Below, piece by piece: positions 62,205 through 64,000 of a stretch of DNA of 64,000 nt. The position numbers were made by a program, and so were the translations under genes. The notes under the pieces are model-generated. The model was not told where the DNA came from and did no database searches. It was given only the letters and a program-made list of their open reading frames with translations. How positions within the stretch are numbered: position 1 is the stretch's first letter; the number at the start of each line of letters is the position of its first letter. The stretch is from NCBI RefSeq assembly GCF_036971445.1, contig NC_091475.1, positions 54,994,001 to 55,058,000 of the forward strand, in the 5' to 3' direction. The DNA comes from Narcine bancroftii (taxonomy: Eukaryota).

Positions 62205-63020
62205 AGCAAAGAGTCATCTGTTCATTCCATCTCCTGATGAAAATGCAGACTGTGGCTGGGCAATGTATAAAGCAAGTCGAGATGATGGATAGTGTCTGAT
62301 TAATCCCACATTGAAGGGTGTTCCACCTCCTCCCTCAGCACGTTTAGAGGTCCCAAACAGTCCTCCCAAGTGAAGCAACATTTCACTTGTAAATCTGTAG
62401 GGGTCATCTTCTGCATTCAGGGCTCCTGTTGTGTTCTCTGCATCGGAGAGACTGGGCCCAGTCTGGGAGATCGCTTTGTTGTGCACGACGGCTCTGTCCG
62501 CTGCAGTAGTGTGGATCTCCCAGTGGCCACCCATTTCAATTCTCCATCCCATTCCCTTGCGGACATGACTGTTCATGGTCTCATGCACTTCCAGACTGAG
62601 ACCCTCCTGCAAATTGGACAAACAACATCTCATCTTTAGACTGGGCACCCTCCAACTGGATGGCATTAATATCGACTTATCTAGCTTTTGTTAAACACTT
62701 CCCCCTCACTTCTTCCCCTGTTACCTTCCCCAAGCTCTCCATTCCATCTCCTTTCACACAAGTATAATAAATTCTTACCTCATCCCTTATCATATCCAAT
62801 TTACACCTTTTGTTGGCCAGCACTGTCTGAATTCTGAGACTTCCTGAGATTTCCTGCTTCTGGCATATTCTGCTTGTTCCTTGAAGAAGGGCTAAGCCCT
62901 GAAACATCAGCAATATACCTTTCTCTCCTATGGAAACTGAAAGGACCGGCTAAGTTCCTCCAGCATTTCAGTGTGTTTTTACGACAATCACAGCACCTCC
63001 AGACTTCCCTGTTTCACCCA
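62205..63020 (+). mobile_element. Penelope-like element 3' part: GIY-YIG endonuclease and terminal module
   Basis: KQHFTCKSVGVIFCIQGSCCVLCIGETG...LGDRF..H...PVATHFNSPSHS; LIFRLGTLQLDGINID; terminal ttgaagaagggctaagccctgaaac. Confidence 0.9.
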
Positions 63021-63732
63021 GATCAATCCAGCCCATGATCAACATCCATTCAGCAAAATTCAAGGCAATCTGTGGAGGCCAAGGAGGTCATTGTCTGGCC
63101 TTAATGACTCCACATTGCACACTGAGAAAGAAATGGGGTTAGAAATTTAAAATGAGAACAGGAGGTGCTCAAGATATAGACCATGTCAAGGCTGCACCTG
63201 CAGGAAGAGAAAGTGTCAAAGTCTCAAGGTGAAGACTCTTCACCGGAGCTGGGGAAGAGATAAAATGAACCTGCGTGAAAGGTGGGGGATGGGGATATCC
63301 CTCAAAGGGGTAAACCGCCATTATCAGAAGGACTGAGCCTCAAGATCTGGGGGAGTAGAAATAGATGAGGTGGAATTGCTTCTCCTGGTGGGAGGTGAAT
63401 CTGTGGACGTCTCTTCCCAAGGAGACAGTGGAGGCTGTCTCATTAGACACATTCAAGACATGGATCAAATTTTTAATAACGGGTCATTATGTCTCACTGT
63501 TACCTTCCCAAGCAGGTGATTCCAATACAATGGCAGTGCAACCTGTGCAAAATCACACAATCACGTTTAAATGTTCACAGTCACGTCCACTTGGGTCCAG
63601 CTTGGAAATCTCTGTCTGTCTTTGCATAGATTCACAGATCTTGTTCCATTTTGATTCCAGCCCAGCAATAACCGAAAATATTTTTTGTTCCTCCCGTACA
63701 AACCAATTGGATCATTTGTTTCAGCACTACAT

Positions 63733-64000
63733 CCTGCACGAAAACCAACAAGGTCGGGTCAGATACAGCAATGAGCTCTCTGAACCCTTCTCCATTAACA
63801 ATGGCGTGAAGCAAGGCTGTGTTCTCGCACCAACCCTCTTTTCAATCTTCTTCAGCATGATGCTGAACCAAGCCATGAAAGACCCCAACAATGAAGACGC
63901 TGTTTACATCCGGTACCGCACGGATGGCAGTCTCTTCAATCTGAGGCGCCTGCAAGCTCACACCAAGACACAAGAGCAACTTGTCCGTGAACTACTCTTT
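63733..64000 (+). mobile_element. RTE-clade LINE RT region, runs off the window
   Basis: LHENQQGRVRYSNELSEPFSINNGVKQGCVLAPTLFSIFF...SLFNLRRLQAHTKTQEQLVRELLF. Confidence 0.95.

Noticed and set aside
1-64000. Prokaryotic systems (CRISPR, retron, DGR, defence islands) suggested by multiple RT fragments; tRNA genes suggested by A/B boxes
   Set aside because: The RTs are eukaryotic non-LTR/Penelope types with TSDs and tails; there is no repeat-spacer array or operon structure; A/B boxes belong to SINEs, with no complete cloverleaf seen.

Overview
Eukaryotic, AT-rich, repeat-dense vertebrate DNA with one 205-N assembly gap (12090-12294). It is most likely an intron or gene desert of a cartilaginous fish; this is inferred from the repeat mix (CR1 LINEs with partner tRNA-SINEs, Rex1/Babar, Penelope, L1, RTE, Deu-domain-like SINE). 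No host protein-coding gene, rRNA, tRNA or CRISPR array can be supported, and almost every ORF in the track is a transposon fragment, an antisense shadow of one, or chance. Dominant features: about 10 young, mutually near-identical RTE-clade LINE copies (three with 11-bp TSDs), several solo LTRs (three with 4- or 5-bp TSDs), Penelope pieces with hammerhead-like termini, MITEs and an ORF1-only L1. The most unusual structures are two textbook twin-priming 5'-inversion insertions (one L1, one RTE) and a near-identical inverted copy of a decayed SINE 8.5 kb from its apparent donor. Boundaries without a stated TSD or TIR are approximate, and family names come from motif recognition, not database searches.
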